A DNA stretch of 64,000 nucleotides, taken from Mobula hypostoma. Lineage: Eukaryota. The position numbers and the translations under genes were made by a program. Below the pieces are notes generated by a model. That model was not told the origin of the DNA, searched no databases, and was given only the letters and a program-made list of their open reading frames with translations. The stretch's first letter is position 1; each line of letters begins with the position of its first letter. The DNA is taken from the NCBI RefSeq assembly GCF_963921235.1, contig NC_086097.1, positions 92,444,001 through 92,508,000 on the forward strand, read 5' to 3'. This document shows, one piece after another, positions 60,901 to 64,000 of this stretch.

Positions 60901-63900
60901 AACTCCTCCAGTCCCAGAGTCAACTCCCACAATTTGAGTCAACTCCTTCAGTCAGATTCAAATCCTCCAGTCCCACAGTCAACTTCTCCAGTCCAAGTCA
61001 ATTCCTCCAGTTCCACAGTAAACTCCTCCAGTCCGAGTCAACTCCTCCAGTCCCAGAGTCAACTCCTCCAGTCCAGAGTCAACTCCCCCTTTCTGAGTCA
61101 ACTTCTTCAGTCCGAGTCAACTCCTCCAGCTCCAGAGGCAACTCCTCCGGTCCCAGAGTCAACTCCTCCAGTCTGAGTCAACTCCTCCAGTCGAAGAATC
61201 AACTCCTCCAGACCGAGTCAACTCCACCAGTCGCAGAGTCAACTCCTCCAGCACGAGTCAACCACTCCAGCCCCAGCGGCAACTCCTCCGATCCCAGAGT
61301 AAACTCCTCCAGCCCCAGAGACAACTCCTCCAGTCCGAGTCAACGCCTTCAGTCCAAGAGTCAACTCCTCCAGTCCCAGAGTCATCTCCCACTGTCCAAG
61401 TCAACTCCTTCAGTCAGAGTCAAATCCTCCCGTCCCAGAGTCAACTCCTCCATTCCGAGTCAACTCCACCAGTCGCAGAGTCAACTCCTCCAGCACGAGT
61501 CAACCCCTCCAGCCCCAGAGGCAACTCCTCCGATCCCAGAGTAAACTCCTCCAGCCCCAGAGACAACTCCTCCAGTCCGAGTCAACGCCTTCAGTCCAAG
61601 AGTCAACTCCTCCAGTCCCAGAGTCATCTCCCACTGTCCGAGTCAACTCCTTCAGTCAGAGTCAAATCCTCCCGTCCCAGAGACAACTCCTCCATTCCGA
61701 GTCAACTCCTCCAGTCCGAGTCAACTCCACCAGTCCAAGAGTCAAATCCACCAGTCCAAGAGTCAACTCAGCCTGTCCCAGAGTCAACTTCTCCAGTCCA
61801 AGTCAACTCCTCCATTCCGAGTCAACTCCTCCAGTCCGAGTCAACTCCTCCAGACCCAGAGTCAACTCCTCCAGACCGAGTCAATCCTCAAGTCCGAGTC
61901 AACTACTCCAGTCCGAGTCAACTACCCCTGTCCGAGTCAACTACCCCTGTCCGAGTCAACTCCTTCAGTCCGAGTCAACTCCTCCAAACCCAGAGGCAAA
62001 TCCTCCTGTCCCAGAGTCAACTCCTGCAGACCGAGTCAACTCCTCCAGTCCCAGAGTCAACTCCTCCAGTCCGAGTCAACTCCTCCAGCCACAGAGGCAA
62101 CTCCTCCTGTCCCAGAGTCAACTCCTCCAGACCGAGTCAACTCCTCCAGTCCCAGAGTCAACTCCTCCAGTCCGAGTAAACTCCTCCAGTCCAAGAGTCA
62201 ACTCCTCCAGTCCGAGTCAACTCCTCCAGTCCCGGAGGCAACTCCCCCTGTCCAAGTCAACTCCTCCAGTCCCAGAGTCAACTCCTCCAGTCCCAGAGTC
62301 AAATCCTCCAGCCCCAGAGGCAACTATTCCAGCCCCAAAGGCAACTCCTCAGGTCCCAGAGTCAACTCCTCCAGACCGAGTCAACTCCTCCATTCCGAGT
62401 GAACTCCTCCAGTCCGAGTCAACTCCTCCAGTCCGAGTCAACTCCTCCAGCCCCAGAGGCAACTCCTCCAGCCCCAGAGGCAACTCCACCAGTCGCAGAG
62501 TCAACTCCTCCAGCACGAGTCAACCCCTCCAGCCCCAGAGGCAACTCCTCCGATCCCAGAGTAAACTCCTCCAGCCCCAGAGACAACTCCTCCAGTCCGA
62601 GTCAACGCCTTGAGTCCAAGAGTCAACTCCTCCAGTCCCAGAGTCATCTCCCACTTTCCGAGTCAACTCCTTCAGTCAGAGTCAAATCCTCCCGTCCCAG
62701 AGTCAACTCCTCCATTCCGACTCAACTCCTCCATTCCGAGTCAACTCCTCCAGTCCGAGTCAACTCCTCCAGACCCAGAGTCAACTCCTCCAGACCGAGT
62801 CAACTCCTCCAGTCCAGAGTCAACTTCTCCAGTCCGAATCAACTCCTCCAGCCACAGAGGCAACTCCTCCGGTCCCCGAGTCAACTCCTCCAGACCGAGT
62901 CAACTCCTCCAGTCCCAGAGTCAACTCCTCCAGTCCGAGTAAACTCCTCCAGTCCAAGAGTCAACTCCTCCAGTCCGAGTCAACTCCTCCAGTCCCAGAG
63001 GCAACTCCCCCTGTCCAACTCAACTCCTCCAGTCCCAGAGTCAACTCCTCCAGTCCCAGAGTCAAATCCTCCAGCCCCAGAGGCAACTCCTCCGGTCCCA
63101 GAGTCAACTCCTCCAGTCCAGAGTCAACTCCCCCTTTCTGAGTCAACTCCTCCAGTCTGAGTCAACTCCTCCAGTCCGAGTCAACTCCATCATTCTGAGT
63201 CAATTCCTCCTGACCCAGAGTCAACTTCTCCAGTCCGAGTCAACTCCTCCAGTCCGAGTCAACTCCTCCAGTCCGAGTCAACTCCATCATTCTGAGTCAA
63301 TTCCTCCTGACCCAGAGTCAACTTCTCCAGTCCGAGTCAACTCCTCCAGCCCAGAGTCAACTTCTCCAGTCCAGAGTCAACTTCTCCAGTACGAGTCAAG
63401 TCCTCCAGTCCCAGAGTCAACTCCTCTAGACTCAGAGTAAACACCTCCAGTCCGAGTCAACTCCTCCATTCCAAGAGTCAACTCCTCCAGTCCCAGAGTC
63501 AACTCCTCCAGTCCCAGAGTCAACTCCTCCAGTCCCAGAGTCAACTCCTCCAGCCCCAGAGACAACTCCTCCAGTCCCAGAGTCAACTCCTCCAGTCCGA
63601 GTGAACTCCTCCAGTCCAAGAGTCAACTCCTCCAGTCCGAGTGAACTCCTCCAGTCCCAGAATCAACTCCTCCAGTCCGAATCAACTCCTCCTGTCCGAG
63701 TCAACTCCTCCAGTCCCAGAGGCAACTCCCCCTGTCAAAGTCAACTCCTCCAGTCCCAGAGTCAACTCCTCCAGTCCCAGAGTCAAATCCTCCAGCCCCA
63801 GAGGCAACTCCTCTGGTCCCAGAGTCAACTCCTCCAGTCCAGAGTCAACTCCCCCTTTCTGAGTCAACTCCTTCAGTCCGTGTCAACTCCTCCAGCTCCA

Positions 63901-64000
63901 GAGGCAACTCCTCCAGTCCCAGAGTCAACTCCTCCAGACTGAGTCAACTCCTCCTGTCCTAGTCAACTCCTCCAGTCCGAGTCAACTCCTCCAGTCCGAG
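43000..64000 (+). repeat. Mosaic HOR region built from family-C modules at irregular spacing (about 2.1, 2.7, 5.0, 6.2 kb)
   Basis: AACACCGCCAGT at about 44532, 47433, 52430, 58650 (also 30491). CTCTAGACTCAGAGTAAAC at about 54435, 56527, 60686, 63429. Matching ORF pairs 47216/52213, 52562/58782, 54647/56739, 60218/62961. Confidence 0.8.

Larger units (their letters stand above)
16569..64000 (+). repeat. Tandem satellite array, same 19/20/21-bp monomer family, right contig, more diverged and organised in higher-order repeats
   Basis: Same consensus and orientation as the left contig and runs off the window end. Many recurrent variant monomers (CCATCATTCT, CAACGCCTTC, CCCCCTTTCT, ACTACCCCTG). 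Confidence 0.99.

Noticed and set aside
2243..63867. Short minus-strand ORFs (MTLGLEELT...) that superficially look like leucine-rich or coiled-coil repeats
   Set aside because: They are translations of the reverse-complement monomer; their length depends only on the local 19/21 order that avoids the TGA frame.
380..63942. Long + strand ORFs (up to 1204 aa) resembling mucin/PTS-rich or PEST-rich proteins
   Set aside because: They overlap in several frames with the same motifs, 19- and 20-bp units constantly shift frame, many starts are TTG/GTG variants, and there is no signal peptide, domain or non-repeat sequence.
1..64000. CRISPR array or iteron-like prokaryotic repeats
   Set aside because: Repeats abut directly with no unique spacers, leader, cas or rep genes, and the scale and HOR structure are those of satellite DNA.
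1..64000. Telomerase-made telomeric repeat (C-rich strand on +)
   Set aside because: It does not match telomere motifs I recognise, and kb-scale HORs with inherited point variants indicate recombinational amplification rather than template-directed synthesis. A subtelomeric location cannot be excluded.
1..64000. Immunoglobulin switch region
   Set aside because: It is G-skewed and repetitive but lacks dense AGCT/GAGCT pentamers, is far longer than known switch regions and has no flanking exons.
1..64000. Embedded transposon, inversion or unique island
   Set aside because: None was seen on reading through; every non-N stretch parses as monomer variants in one orientation.

Overview
The whole 64 kb window is one unidirectional, head-to-tail satellite/minisatellite array, interrupted only by a 200-N scaffold gap (16369-16568). 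The monomer is GAGTCAACTCCTCCAGTCC (19 bp), interspersed with a 21-bp form (+CA) and a rarer 20-bp form (+A); roughly 3,200 monomers are estimated from length divided by about 20 bp. I see no unique sequence, gene, RNA gene, transposon, inversion or CRISPR spacer. All listed ORFs are by-products of a monomer that has no stop codon in any + frame. The array is layered: a diverged segment (1-2.1 kb), a near-consensus block (about 2.1-8.2 kb), a 2.2-2.8 kb higher-order repeat (HOR) family (about 8.2-16.4 kb), the gap, a 2.5-2.9 kb HOR family (about 18.3-26.4 kb) and a modular HOR region (about 27.5-64 kb) with nested periods of 78/97 bp, about 575 bp, about 3.3 kb and about 6.59 kb. The most notable sequence property is that the 19/21-bp choice acts as a CpG switch: 19-mer junctions read CGAGTCA (the methyl-dependent AP-1 motif, decaying to canonical TGAGTCA), whereas 21-mer junctions have no CpG. 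The source is probably eukaryotic heterochromatin (inference); I cannot name the organism or satellite family, and I found no novel protein-coding system. HOR periods were measured by eye from diagnostic variants, so boundaries are approximate.
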